Below, one piece after another: positions 28,790 through 38,557 of a DNA stretch of 64,000 nt. The notes under the pieces are model-generated. The model was given only the letters and a program-made list of their open reading frames with translations, ran no database searches and was not told where the DNA came from. Position numbers and translations under genes: made by a program. This DNA is from Clostridia bacterium (GTDB taxonomy: Bacteria > Bacillota > Clostridia > Christensenellales > SZUA-584), in contig JABGQS010000005.1 in assembly GCA_018648645.1 (NCBI GenBank), positions 24,511 through 88,510 on the forward strand, given 5' to 3'. Position 1 is the stretch's first letter. The number at the start of each line of letters is the position of its first letter.

Positions 28790-29470
28790 TTGGGTGCACG
28801 GCACGAAAAACTGGTCGGACAACATGGACTCGTTCAGCTAAGCAAAGCGCACGTTGTGATATTCGGCATCGGCGGGGTCGGCGGATATGTCGCCGAAGCG
28901 TTGGCGCGCACCTTCGTGGGCAAGTTGACGCTTGTCGATTGCGACGATGTTGACGAGAGTAATCTCAATCGACAAATTGTCGCGCTGACCAGCACAATCG
29001 GCATGCCAAAGGTCGAGGTGATGAAAGCACGCGTTTTGGATATCAATCCGAACTGCGACGTGACTGCAAAAAAAGTGTTTATCGATGCAGATAACGCAGC
29101 GTCACTAATAGAAGGTGCAACTTACGCTGTGGACGCGGTAGATAACGTGACTGCAAAGCTCGCGATTATCACAGCGTGCCAAGCTGCAAATATCCCCGCG
29201 ATATCGGCGATGGGCGCAGGCAACAAGCTTGCGGGCGACTTCAAGGTCTCGGACATATCTAAAACCAGCGGAGACGCACTTGCTCGAGTGATGCGCAGAG
29301 AACTGCGACGTCGCGGTATAGACCACCAAAAGGTGGTGTGCACAGACAGCAAAGCGATGCTGCAAATAGAAAAGGGCGAAGCCATGCCGAGCATATCGTA
29401 TATGCCGGGACTTTGCGGGCTTGTAATCGCGGGCGAAGTAGTACGCGATATCATAAAGGAGCGACCATGA
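28790..29470 (+). CDS. tcdA: tRNA threonylcarbamoyladenosine dehydratase (ThiF/E1-like)
   Basis: TTG start. 'VVIFGIGGVGGYVAEALAR...LVDCDDVDESNLNRQ' is the E1-like nucleotide-binding block. Confidence 0.8.
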   Translation: MGARHEKLVGQHGLVQLSKAHVVIFGIGGVGGYVAEALARTFVGKLTLVDCDDVDESNLNRQIVALTSTIGMPKVEVMKARVLDINPNCDVTAKKVFIDADNAASLIEGATYAVDAVDNVTAKLAIITACQAANIPAISAMGAGNKLAGDFKVSDISKTSGDALARVMRRELRRRGIDHQKVVCTDSKAMLQIEKGEAMPSISYMPGLCGLVIAGEVVRDIIKERP

Positions 29471-29913
29471 CGGAATACGGACTGGTGGTTAAAACAGAAA
29501 ACCAAACCGCTTTTGTGCGCTTTATACGCAGTTCTGCGTGCGGCAAATGCAAAGCGTGTGGTATGCTAAGCACCCAAAACGAGATAATTGTAGAGGTGCC
29601 AAACGACATAGGCGCCCGCGTTGGAGAGTACGTGCAGGTCAGCATCGTGATGAAAAAGGCGATAAAAGCGTCAGCAATAGCGTACATGTTCCCGCTCGTC
29701 ATGCTGTTTGCAGGCGTGCTTTTTGGCTGGCTTTTGACGGATGTGTGGCATATTTTTGTAAATAGAGACCCTGTTATGGCTATTTGCGCGCTAATTTTCG
29801 CTGTATTATCGTTTTTGCTTTTAAAAATCGCGTCGCCGTTGTATAATAAGACGGTAAGAAGAGTTTACACGATGATAGGTGTTAAGAAAGACGAAGATAA
29901 GGAGATAGAATAA
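29467..29913 (+). CDS. RseC/MucC (SoxR-reducing system) family membrane protein
   Basis: Start at ATG 29467, where ATGA overlaps the tcdA stop. 'SSACGKCKACG' Cys motif followed by two hydrophobic helices. Confidence 0.7.
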   Translation: MTEYGLVVKTENQTAFVRFIRSSACGKCKACGMLSTQNEIIVEVPNDIGARVGEYVQVSIVMKKAIKASAIAYMFPLVMLFAGVLFGWLLTDVWHIFVNRDPVMAICALIFAVLSFLLLKIASPLYNKTVRRVYTMIGVKKDEDKEIE

Positions 29914-30239
29914 TGTCAGATAGTGCAATAGAAATTACAAACTTGAACTTTGAAGAAAAAGTGACAAACAACGAAATCCCGGTGTTGATTGACTTTTGGG
30001 CAGAATGGTGTGCGCCATGTAAAATGATAGCACCAGCGATAGACGAAATCGCTGTCGAGTATAAAGGCAAAGCGGTTATAGGAAAAGTGGACATCGACTC
30101 ACAGGTTGAGCTTGCACAAAAGTTTGGCGTAATGAGTATTCCGACACTCCTACTCTTCAAAAACGGCGAGCCGGTCGGTAAAGTTGTCGGCGTTGTTGGC
30201 AAAGACAAAATCGCCAGCATGATAGACTCGGCGATATAA
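29913..30239 (+). CDS. trxA: Thioredoxin
   Basis: 108 aa. 'DFWAEWCAPCKMIAP' is the active site WCAPC, a variant of WCGPC. The start shares one nucleotide with the upstream stop (taATG). Confidence 0.9.
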   Translation: MSDSAIEITNLNFEEKVTNNEIPVLIDFWAEWCAPCKMIAPAIDEIAVEYKGKAVIGKVDIDSQVELAQKFGVMSIPTLLLFKNGEPVGKVVGVVGKDKIASMIDSAI

Positions 30240-30305
30240 AAAACATATAGTATTATTTGAAAAAATTTGGTATAATGAAGTATCGTAAGGATGATGGGGG
30301 CAATT

Positions 30306-30566
30306 ATGGAACCATTAAGAGTTTCGGCAAAATCACAGCCTAAGTCGGTCGCAGGGGCAATCGCGGCAATGGTGAACGATTATGACAAAGCTGAGATTGT
30401 AGCTGTTGGTGCAGGAGCTGTAAATCAAGCGATTAAGGCGATTGCGATCACTCGCGGTTTTATGGCGCCAAGGGGTATCGACCTCGTGGTTATACCCGCC
30501 TTTAACAATGTCGAAATCGACGGAGTAGCAAGAACGTCAATAAAGTTATTTGTTGAAATTCGATAG
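30306..30566 (+). CDS. spoVS: Stage V sporulation protein S
   Basis: 'MEPLRVSAKSQPKSVAGAIA...VGAGAVNQAIKAIAI.RGF' is a near-canonical SpoVS sequence (86 aa). Confidence 0.9.
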   Translation: MEPLRVSAKSQPKSVAGAIAAMVNDYDKAEIVAVGAGAVNQAIKAIAITRGFMAPRGIDLVVIPAFNNVEIDGVARTSIKLFVEIR

Positions 30567-30583
30567 AGTAGCATAAATAAATT

Positions 30584-30609
30584 TCGGCAGATAATGCCGA
30601 TTTTTTTTT
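30584..30609 (+). terminator. Rho-independent terminator after spoVS
   Basis: tcggca/tgccga stem followed by T9. Confidence 0.7.
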
Positions 30610-30656
30610 GTCAGAGCAAGCGAATTTAGAGAAGTTTTAGAAAGCGAGAGCCGGAT

Positions 30657-33600
30657 TTGTTTTTAAAATGCATTGAAATGACGGGGTTCAAATCTTTCCC
30701 GGAAAAAACTCAAATGCACATGAACGGATCGATCACGGGCGTGGTTGGACCAAACGGCAGCGGTAAAAGCAATGTTTCGGATGCGGTGCGCTGGGTGCTT
30801 GGCGAGCAAAGCGCGAAGTCTTTGCGCGGGTCAACTATGCAGGACGTGATTTTTACCGGCACGCAAAAACGTAAGGCGAGAAACTTTTGCGAAGTCTCGC
30901 TTATTTTTGACAACCTTGATAATCGCATGAACAGCGAGTATTCCGAGATTGAAGTGCGGCGCAAACTATACCGCAGCGGCGAGAGCGAGTATTACATCAA
31001 CGGCAGCAAATGCAGGTTGAAAGACATCTTAGAGATGTTTCGCGACACCGGCATCGGTAAAGAAGGCTATTCGATTATCGGACAAGGCAGAATCGACGAA
31101 ATATTAAGCGAAAAATCCATTGACCGCCGCAAGGTTTTCGAAGAAGCGTCGGGCATCATGAAATATCGCGTGCGCAAGGAAGAAGCGGAACGCAAGCTAG
31201 AGAAAACCGGGCAGAACCTGCTTCGCGTAGAAGACATTCTAATCGAGCAGAATTTGCAAATCAAACCACTCAAACGGCAGGCAGAGAACGCAAAAGTGTA
31301 TCTTGAGCTTAGCGAAAAGCTAAAGCGTCTCGATGTCAATTTGTTTCTATTCAACTACGATAAAAGAAAACAGCGTATTGCCAAGCTCAGCCAAAACAAA
31401 CAGGCTCTCGCTGAAGACAAAGCGCAAAAAGAACTGGTGCTCAAAGAGTTTGGCGACCAGTATGTGCTAGAGCAGCAAAATGCCAAGCAGATTGAGGAAA
31501 AGGGCGACGAGATTGCTGGCCTTCTCAGCCAAGCTCACGCTAAAATTGAACACGTTGAGGGCGAGATTAAGCTTTGCGAGGAGCGTGAGCAAAACCTAAG
31601 CAAAGACTCGGACAGATTAAAGCTCGAGATGGACGAGACGGACGCAAAAATGAGCGCTGGCTTGGCAAGTGAGCGGACCAACGCGCAGCGCATCAGTGCG
31701 CTTGAGGGCGAGCTTGCGACTGCCCGAGAAGCTGCAAGCGAAGCGGGCAGAGAAATTGCAGAGCTTAGCGGCGTCTTTGAAGACAGAGTTAGAATTATTG
31801 AGACTGTACAAAGTGAAAAAGTAGACGCAATCGAAAAGATCGCAGATGTTAAAAGCGCAGTCAGCGCGCTGGAAGAAAAGCAGCGCAGCGCGCAGCTGCG
31901 GGTCAGTGAAGCGGACGAGCGAATAGCTGCGCTTGAGCAGCAGATTTCGGCGGAAACCAAAGAGCTTGAAGCGGCGCACAAAGCGCAGGAATCTCTGGCG
32001 GCACAGCAAAAGCAGCTGACAGACAGCTTTAACGAGAAAGTATATAAATCCGGCAAAAGCAAAGAGCAATTGACGGCAATGCGCAGCGAGCTGGAGAGCT
32101 CGCGAAGAGACTATGCGACGTGCGCATCTTCCGCAAAGCTTTTGTCCGACATGAAAAACAGCTTTGAAGGTTATAAGCAAAGCGTTGCGCGATTGATGGC
32201 CTCAGCGCAGGACAGCGGCGACATTGGCAGGCGGATAATAGGCACGTTTGCCGACGTTGTAAACGTTCCGGCAAATTACGAGACAGCAATAGAGATGTGT
32301 CTTGGTGCCGCGCTCCAAAACGTGGTAGTTCAGAGCGAGCACGACGCAAAGCATATCATATCTTATTTAAGAAAAGAAAACATGGGCAGGGTGACTTTCC
32401 TGCCGCTTGATGCATTGAAGGCGCGAACGTTTACCGATAAAGAGAAAACGGAGCTGAACGGCAGCGGCGTGGTTGGCATTGCGAGCGAACTCGTCTCGTG
32501 CAGTAAAGGCTGCGAGAAAGCCGTAGATTTCCTGCTTGGACGCACTGTGATTGTGCAAAGCGCTGATGCAGCGATAGCGCTGTTGAAAAGCTGCGGGTTT
32601 GCTTTGCGCGCGGTGACATTGGACGGCGACATATACAACCCGAGCGGCAGCATCACAGGCGGCAGCGTAAGCAAAAACCGCGGCGGTTTGGTGTCGCGTG
32701 AGCGCAGAGAAGAGGAACTTAGCAAACGGGCAGACACTTTGAAGGGCAAAACTAGCGAGCTGGAATCGCAGCTTGCAAGAATGGACAGTGACTTGGCTCA
32801 GCTGACGAGCGATATTGAAACAACGCGAAAATCGCTGCAGACAAATGAAATTGAAATTGCCAAAGGCAAAGAGAAAATAGACACTTTGACAAGCTCAGCA
32901 GAGAACGCGCAGCAGACGATCACGAAGCAGGCGCAGGTGAAGGACGAGATTAGCAGTCAAGCGGCTTCATTTGATAAAGAGATAAAAGGCTTCGCAGCAC
33001 TGCAAAATGACATGCAGCAAAGCAGCAACACCAAGAGTGAAGACTACAAGCGCATGGAGGATGAGTATCGCGCAAACGCCGAGCTGATTGAAAGCAAGAA
33101 AGCGTTGATGCACGAGGCCGAGATCAAAATCGCGGAGCTGGCTCATGAGAACACGACGCTCGCCGGCGAAAATCTGCGGCTTGGCGATGAAAGACACGAT
33201 GCGCAAAAAGCCAAAGCGCTAAAAGGAAAAACGATTGAGCTGAACGTCGAGAGCATCGAAAATCTACTATCGCTCAAGAACGAGCTGACAGCGCTGCTTG
33301 CGCAGAAAAGAAACGCGCTTGATGAATTAAAGCAGCAGCAGATTGACATGATAGCGCAAAGAGGTTTGCTGAGCGAGGCTCTGAGCGAAAGAGATAAAAA
33401 AATACTTAAAGCGAGGCAAGAGCACAGCGATATTGCAGAAAAAGCAATGCGTGTGGACTTTTCGATAGAGAAGGTGCAGACGGACATCGAAGGCGCGCAA
33501 AACAGGCTTTGGGAGACATATCAGCTGACGTACGCAAACGCACTGCCGCTTAGAGAAGAGATTGACATGAACGCCGCGAAAACGCAAGCGGACGACATGC

Positions 33601-34211
33601 GGCGCAAGATAAGGTATCTTGGGAACGTGAACCCGAACGCGATAGAGGACTATGCAGAGCTTAAAGAGCGCATGGACAGCCTGGAGACTCAGAAAGCGGA
33701 TTTGGTCAAAGCCGGGCAGGATCTTGAAAAGCTGATTGTGTCACTGCTCTCCGAGATGCGCAAAACGTTCCGCGACAGCTTCGAGCAGATAAGTAAACAC
33801 TTTAACAAAGCGTTCAAGGACTTGTTCGACGGAGGAAGGGCAGAGCTGCACCTAGAGGAAGGCGTCGACATCATGGATGCAGGAATCGAAATTGTGGCAG
33901 AGCCGCCGGGCAAAAAGCTGCAAAAGATTTCGCTGCTCTCGGGCGGAGAAAAGGCGCTGACAGCAATCAGTCTGCTGTTTGCGTTGCTTAAAATAAATCC
34001 GTCGCCTGTGTGCATCCTCGACGAAATTGACGCTGCGCTGGACGAAGCAAACGTGTATAAGTTCTCGGACTACCTAAAGAAGTACGCCCAGAACATGCAG
34101 TTTATCGTTATTACGCACAGAAAACCAACGATGGTCATCTGCGACAGCCTGTTTGGTTTCGCGATGGAAGAAAAGGGTGTATCAAAACTGCTATCGGTAA
34201 GGTTGGACTAA
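30657..34211 (+). CDS. smc: Chromosome segregation protein SMC
   Basis: 1184 aa, TTG start. N-terminal 'GFKSF...GPNGSGKSN', long coiled coils with a hinge, and C-terminal 'LSGGEKALTAISLLFA...LDEIDAALD'. Confidence 0.95.
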   Translation: MFLKCIEMTGFKSFPEKTQMHMNGSITGVVGPNGSGKSNVSDAVRWVLGEQSAKSLRGSTMQDVIFTGTQKRKARNFCEVSLIFDNLDNRMNSEYSEIEVRRKLYRSGESEYYINGSKCRLKDILEMFRDTGIGKEGYSIIGQGRIDEILSEKSIDRRKVFEEASGIMKYRVRKEEAERKLEKTGQNLLRVEDILIEQNLQIKPLKRQAENAKVYLELSEKLKRLDVNLFLFNYDKRKQRIAKLSQNKQALAEDKAQKELVLKEFGDQYVLEQQNAKQIEEKGDEIAGLLSQAHAKIEHVEGEIKLCEEREQNLSKDSDRLKLEMDETDAKMSAGLASERTNAQRISALEGELATAREAASEAGREIAELSGVFEDRVRIIETVQSEKVDAIEKIADVKSAVSALEEKQRSAQLRVSEADERIAALEQQISAETKELEAAHKAQESLAAQQKQLTDSFNEKVYKSGKSKEQLTAMRSELESSRRDYATCASSAKLLSDMKNSFEGYKQSVARLMASAQDSGDIGRRIIGTFADVVNVPANYETAIEMCLGAALQNVVVQSEHDAKHIISYLRKENMGRVTFLPLDALKARTFTDKEKTELNGSGVVGIASELVSCSKGCEKAVDFLLGRTVIVQSADAAIALLKSCGFALRAVTLDGDIYNPSGSITGGSVSKNRGGLVSRERREEELSKRADTLKGKTSELESQLARMDSDLAQLTSDIETTRKSLQTNEIEIAKGKEKIDTLTSSAENAQQTITKQAQVKDEISSQAASFDKEIKGFAALQNDMQQSSNTKSEDYKRMEDEYRANAELIESKKALMHEAEIKIAELAHENTTLAGENLRLGDERHDAQKAKALKGKTIELNVESIENLLSLKNELTALLAQKRNALDELKQQQIDMIAQRGLLSEALSERDKKILKARQEHSDIAEKAMRVDFSIEKVQTDIEGAQNRLWETYQLTYANALPLREEIDMNAAKTQADDMRRKIRYLGNVNPNAIEDYAELKERMDSLETQKADLVKAGQDLEKLIVSLLSEMRKTFRDSFEQISKHFNKAFKDLFDGGRAELHLEEGVDIMDAGIEIVAEPPGKKLQKISLLSGGEKALTAISLLFALLKINPSPVCILDEIDAALDEANVYKFSDYLKKYAQNMQFIVITHRKPTMVICDSLFGFAMEEKGVSKLLSVRLD

Positions 34212-34214
34212 GCA

Positions 34215-35114
34215 ATGAGTATATTTAATAAAATCAGAGACGGACTGAAAAAAACTAGAGACAGCGTGTCGTCCATGGTGGGCGACGTTTTGAGTTCGTT
34301 TACAAAAATAGACGAGGACTTTTTTGAAGAGCTTGAGGAAACGCTGATCCTTTGTGACATCGGCGTAAGCGCAACAGGCAAGATTATGGACGCGCTGCGT
34401 GAGAGAGTGAAAGCGGACAAAATTACAGAAACTGCGGGCGTAAAAAAACTGCTGATTGACATTATCGCAGACATGCTGAGTTTTGACGATACGGAGATAT
34501 CTTTCCCAAGCGTGGTGCTCATCGTTGGCGTCAACGGCGTCGGCAAAACGACCAGCATCGGTAAACTGGCAAAGCACTATAAGAACGACGGCAAAAAGGT
34601 GTATCTTGCGGCAGCGGACACTTTCCGCGCGGCGGCGGTAGAGCAGCTTAGCGAATGGGGAGTGCGCGCAGACGTCAAGGTTATCAAGTACGGGCAGGGT
34701 GCAGACCCGGCTGCAGTGGTGTATGACGCTATTGATTCTGCCAAGCACAACGACGTTGACTTGCTAATCTGCGACACGGCGGGCAGGCTACACAATAAGA
34801 AAAATTTAATGAACGAGCTGGAGAAAATAAACAGGGTTATCGACAAATCATACAGCGAAGCGGATAAGAAAACGTATCTGGTGGTCGACGCAACGACGGG
34901 GCAAAACGCTGTCGTGCAGGCAAGAGAATTTGGTGAGGTTACGGACCTATCCGGCGTGATACTCACAAAGCTCGATGGCACGGCTAAAGGCGGTATCGTT
35001 TGCGCAATATCGGGCGAGCTTAATCTTCCTGTGGTGTTTGTAGGTGTGGGCGAAGCGCTGGACGATTTACAGCCGTTTGACGCGCTGGCATTTGCGCAGA
35101 GTCTGCTCGAATAA
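34215..35114 (+). CDS. ftsY: Signal recognition particle receptor FtsY
   Basis: 299 aa with 'GVNGVGKTTSIGKLA', 'DTAGRL' and 'TKLDGTAKGG'. Confidence 0.95.
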   Translation: MSIFNKIRDGLKKTRDSVSSMVGDVLSSFTKIDEDFFEELEETLILCDIGVSATGKIMDALRERVKADKITETAGVKKLLIDIIADMLSFDDTEISFPSVVLIVGVNGVGKTTSIGKLAKHYKNDGKKVYLAAADTFRAAAVEQLSEWGVRADVKVIKYGQGADPAAVVYDAIDSAKHNDVDLLICDTAGRLHNKKNLMNELEKINRVIDKSYSEADKKTYLVVDATTGQNAVVQAREFGEVTDLSGVILTKLDGTAKGGIVCAISGELNLPVVFVGVGEALDDLQPFDALAFAQSLLE

Positions 35115-35119
35115 AACGC

Positions 35120-35147
35120 TTGACAAAAACCCAAATATCTATATAAT
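35120..35147 (+). promoter_or_regulatory. Putative sigma-A promoter for ylxM-ffh
   Basis: TTGACA (35120-35125), 16-nt spacer, TATAAT (35142-35147). Confidence 0.45.
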
Positions 35148-35150
35148 ACT

Positions 35151-35184
35151 ACTGTAAAGTTAAATAGCTTTACAGTTATTTTTT
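35151..35184 (+). terminator. Hairpin plus T-run downstream of ftsY, overlapping the predicted start of the ylxM transcript
   Basis: actgtaaag/ctttacagt stem followed by tatttttt. Confidence 0.5.
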
Positions 35185-35207
35185 GGAGCAATGTTATTGG
35201 GGCAGTA

Positions 35208-35495
35208 ATGGAAAAAGATTTTGAGACGGTTTTGCTATTTGATATATATGCGAATCTGCTGACGGACAAGCAGCAGCGGCTTTGCGATATGTATTACAAC
35301 CAAGACTACTCATTGGCAGAGATTGCAGACATCGAGCACACGAGCAGGCAGGCGGTGCGCGACGGCATTGGCAAAGCAAAGCAGAAGCTCAATCATTTTG
35401 AGCAGTGCCTTTGTATAAGCGACAAAAAAAGCGCGACAATCGAAGCGATAGAGAAAGATGACATGCAGGCAATCGCGCGCATTTGGGAGAAGTAA
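35208..35495 (+). CDS. ylxM: YlxM/p13-like putative DNA-binding protein (UPF0122)
   Basis: 95 aa. 'LFDIYANLLTDKQQRLCDMYYNQDYSLAEIA...SRQAVRD' is a sigma-70 region-4-like HTH. It sits in the conserved position before ffh. Confidence 0.8.
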   Translation: MEKDFETVLLFDIYANLLTDKQQRLCDMYYNQDYSLAEIADIEHTSRQAVRDGIGKAKQKLNHFEQCLCISDKKSATIEAIEKDDMQAIARIWEK

Positions 35496-35497
35496 CA

Positions 35498-36811
35498 ATG
35501 GCGTTTGAGGGACTAAGCGAAAAACTTCAGCACGTGCTTGGCAAGCTGTCCAACAGGGGCAGGCTCACGGAGGTCGAGGTAAAAGCGGCCATGCGTGAGG
35601 TTAAGCTCGCGCTTCTCGAAGCGGATGTCAACTTCAAAGTGGTCAAAGGCTTTATTAAGAACGTGACAGAGCGCGCTGTCGGCGAGGATGTACTCACCAG
35701 CTTAACACCCGGGCAGCAGGTTATCAAAATCGTGCGGGACGAGCTTGTGCATGTGCTTGGCGACACAAACGAAGGCGTAAACTTTTCGGCCAATCCACCA
35801 ACCATTATCATGATGTGTGGGTTGCAGGGCGCGGGTAAAACAACCATGTGCGGCAAGCTGGCGCAGATGTGGATACAGGACGGCAAGAAAGTCATGCTGG
35901 TGGCGCTAGACATATACAGACCGGCAGCAATTGACCAATTGAAAATAGTTGCAGAGCAGTCGGGCGCAGACTTTTTTGAGCAAGGACAGCAGGACGTTGT
36001 CAAGACTGCCAAGCAGGCTTTGAGTATAGCCGAGAGCAAATTGACGGATATCGTGATTCTCGACACGGCGGGCAGACTTCACATAGACAGCGAGATGATG
36101 GACGAGCTAATCCGCGTTGCGGACAAAGTGAAACCGCACGAAAAGCTGCTTGTGGTAGACGCCATGACAGGCCAAGACGCAGTCAACGCAGCAACAGCGT
36201 TCAACGAGAGTCTCGAGCTCGATGGTGTTGTTATTACTAAGCTCGACGGCGATTCGCGCGGCGGCGCGGCGATCTCGGTAAAAGCGGTTACGGGCAAACC
36301 CATCAAGTTTGCAGGTATCGGCGAAAAGCTGAGCGATGTAGAAGTGTTTCATCCCGACCGCATGGCGGGCAGGATTCTCGGCATGGGCGATATGCTTACG
36401 CTGATAGAGAAAGCCGAGAAATCGTTTGATGAAACGCAGGCGGCAGAGCTTGAGCGCAAGATTCGCAAAGCAGAGTTCACGCTCGAAGATTTCCTGGAGC
36501 AGATGGGACAGCTTAAGAACATGGGCGGTATTGAAGACATGCTCGCGATGATGCCGGGCGGCAACAAGTTCTCCGGTATGCAGCTGGACGAGAAGCAAAT
36601 GGCGCAAACAGAGGCGATTATACAATCGATGACAATGGACGAACGAAGAAGACCGAACATCATCGGCGGCGGCCGCAAAAAACGTATCGCTCGGGGCAGT
36701 GGCACTAAAGTGCAGGACGTTAATCGTCTGCTGACTCAGTTCGAGCAAATGAAAAAGATGATGAAAAGCATGACCAAACGTGGTGGCAAAGGTATGCAAA
36801 TGCCTTTCTAA
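35498..36811 (+). CDS. ffh: Signal recognition particle protein Ffh
   Basis: Start MAFEGLSEKL. 'GLQGAGKTT', 'DTAGRL', 'TKLDGDSRGGAA' and a Met-rich M domain. Confidence 0.95.
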   Translation: MAFEGLSEKLQHVLGKLSNRGRLTEVEVKAAMREVKLALLEADVNFKVVKGFIKNVTERAVGEDVLTSLTPGQQVIKIVRDELVHVLGDTNEGVNFSANPPTIIMMCGLQGAGKTTMCGKLAQMWIQDGKKVMLVALDIYRPAAIDQLKIVAEQSGADFFEQGQQDVVKTAKQALSIAESKLTDIVILDTAGRLHIDSEMMDELIRVADKVKPHEKLLVVDAMTGQDAVNAATAFNESLELDGVVITKLDGDSRGGAAISVKAVTGKPIKFAGIGEKLSDVEVFHPDRMAGRILGMGDMLTLIEKAEKSFDETQAAELERKIRKAEFTLEDFLEQMGQLKNMGGIEDMLAMMPGGNKFSGMQLDEKQMAQTEAIIQSMTMDERRRPNIIGGGRKKRIARGSGTKVQDVNRLLTQFEQMKKMMKSMTKRGGKGMQMPF

Positions 36812-36842
36812 ATAAACAATAAAAATATTAACGGAGGAAAAC

Positions 36843-37085
36843 ATGGCAGTAAAAATTAGACTGAAGAGAATCGGGGCAAAGAAGAATCCTTTTTACAGGA
36901 TCGTTGTTGCGGACGCTAGAGCACCTAGAGACGGACGCTTTATCGAAGAAATCGGCAACTATGACCCAATGAGCAAGAAGTGTGTTGTGGACGGCGAAAA
37001 AGCACAGGAATGGATCAAAAAGGGCGCGCAGCCGACAGAGACAGTTCGCGCATTGCTTAAGAAAAACGGCGCAATCGAAAAATAA
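36843..37085 (+). CDS. rpsP: 30S ribosomal protein S16
   Basis: '[35 protein letters not shown]' is canonical. Confidence 0.95.
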   Translation: MAVKIRLKRIGAKKNPFYRIVVADARAPRDGRFIEEIGNYDPMSKKCVVDGEKAQEWIKKGAQPTETVRALLKKNGAIEK

Positions 37086-37121
37086 AAACGACTTGCAGCT
37101 TTTAGCTGACGGAGAAGAAAT

Positions 37122-37358
37122 ATGTTAGAGCTAGTAAAGTATATCGCACAGGAGCTCGTAGATAATCCGGACGAAGTGAAGGTAAACGAGGTCGAAGGCG
37201 AAAAGTCCATCGTGCTAGAGCTTAGCGTAGCACAGGAAGACATGGGCAAGGTTATCGGCAAGCAGGGCAGAATCGCAAAAGCGATACGCAGCGTTGTCAA
37301 AGCTTCCTCGATTAAATCAAAGAAGAAGTACGTGGTAGAGATTATAGAGCATGACTGA
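37122..37358 (+). CDS. KH domain RNA-binding protein (YlqC family)
   Basis: 78 aa with 'VAQEDMGKVIGKQGRIAKAIRSVV' (GxxG KH motif). Confidence 0.85.
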   Translation: MLELVKYIAQELVDNPDEVKVNEVEGEKSIVLELSVAQEDMGKVIGKQGRIAKAIRSVVKASSIKSKKKYVVEIIEHD

Positions 37359-37845
37359 GATAGCCAAAATACTAAAACCTCAAGGTATACACGGCGAGGT
37401 TAAGGTGCAGCTTTTCAGCAATGACGTTGACGCGTTTTTTGAGCGAGGCTTTGCGTACAACAAACAAGGCAGGAAAGTCGAATACACGCCTATTCGCTCG
37501 AGCGGGCTGAACGTAATCGTGCGCTTTGATGGCGTCAACACAAGAAACGACGCCGAGCGTTTACGCGGCGTTTTTCTATACCTAAACCGCGAGGACTTTA
37601 AGGAGCTTGATGAGCACGAGCACTATATTTGTGACATGATTGGCGCGAAAGTAGTTGACGAAACGGGCACCAATCTTGGCATTCTCAAAGAGATTCTACA
37701 GCACGGCGCGGCAGATGTATATGTCGTCAAGGGTGACAAGAACTTAATGTTCCCGGCACTAAAGAGCGTTATCACTAGTGTCGCCGACGGGCAAATTGTC
37801 GTAAACAGCAAGACACTAAGCGAGGTGGCGGTGTATGACGATTAA
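37351..37845 (+). CDS. rimM: Ribosome maturation factor RimM
   Basis: 164 aa with 'KPQGIHGEVKV' and a C-terminal PRC barrel. Overlaps neighbouring genes at both ends. Confidence 0.9.
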   Translation: MTEIAKILKPQGIHGEVKVQLFSNDVDAFFERGFAYNKQGRKVEYTPIRSSGLNVIVRFDGVNTRNDAERLRGVFLYLNREDFKELDEHEHYICDMIGAKVVDETGTNLGILKEILQHGAADVYVVKGDKNLMFPALKSVITSVADGQIVVNSKTLSEVAVYDD

Positions 37846-38557
37846 TGTTTTAACGCTGTTTCCCGACATGTTCGATTCCGTAAAAGCGTCGAGCATATGG
37901 GCGCGCGCAATCGACTCTGATAACATCACAATCAACACAATCGACATTCGCGATTTCGCCACCGACAAGCACAACCGTGCGGACGATTCCCCGTTTGGCG
38001 GCGGAGCGGGCATGGTTCTCAAACCCGAGCCTGTCAGCGCATGCTTCGACGATGTAACTGCTTCTTGTCCGCAGCCATATATCAACGTTTATATGTCTCC
38101 ATGCGGAAAAACGCTTTCACACGATATTAGTGTCAACCTTAGCAAGTTCGCTTGCATCAACATACTGTGCGGACACTACGAAGGCGTCGACCAACGTGCG
38201 ATAGACAAACACATCGACTTAGAGATTTCGATTGGCGACTACGTGCTGACGGGCGGAGAGCTTGCGGCAATGGTCGTGATAGACGCGTGTATGCGTCACA
38301 TCGACGGCGTACTCGGAAATGAAACTTCCACCGACAACGAGTCGTTCTCGGATGCACTGCTGGAACACCCACAGTACACCCGACCTGCGAGCTATAACGA
38401 CGTAGACGTTCCCGATGTCCTGCTGTCCGGTCACCACGCAAATGTGCAGGCTTATAGCCGCCAAATGTCGATACTCATGACGGCGCGGCGACGGCCGGGT
38501 CTGCTCAGCAAAACGGTGCTGGGAAAATCAGATATTGAATATATCACAAGAAAATAG
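37835..38557 (+). CDS. trmD: tRNA (guanine37-N1)-methyltransferase
   Basis: 240 aa with 'VLTLFPDMF', 'RADDSPFGGGAGMV', 'CGHYEGVDQR' and 'SIGDYVLTGGELAAMV'. Confidence 0.93.
   Translation: MTINVLTLFPDMFDSVKASSIWARAIDSDNITINTIDIRDFATDKHNRADDSPFGGGAGMVLKPEPVSACFDDVTASCPQPYINVYMSPCGKTLSHDISVNLSKFACINILCGHYEGVDQRAIDKHIDLEISIGDYVLTGGELAAMVVIDACMRHIDGVLGNETSTDNESFSDALLEHPQYTRPASYNDVDVPDVLLSGHHANVQAYSRQMSILMTARRRPGLLSKTVLGKSDIEYITRK

Noticed and set aside
36107-36844. 245-aa antisense ORF opposite ffh; similar cases at 34577-35269, 39557-40264 and 43511-44305
   Set aside because: All lie antisense to strongly supported genes. They are long only because stop codons are rare in the antisense of GC-rich codons.
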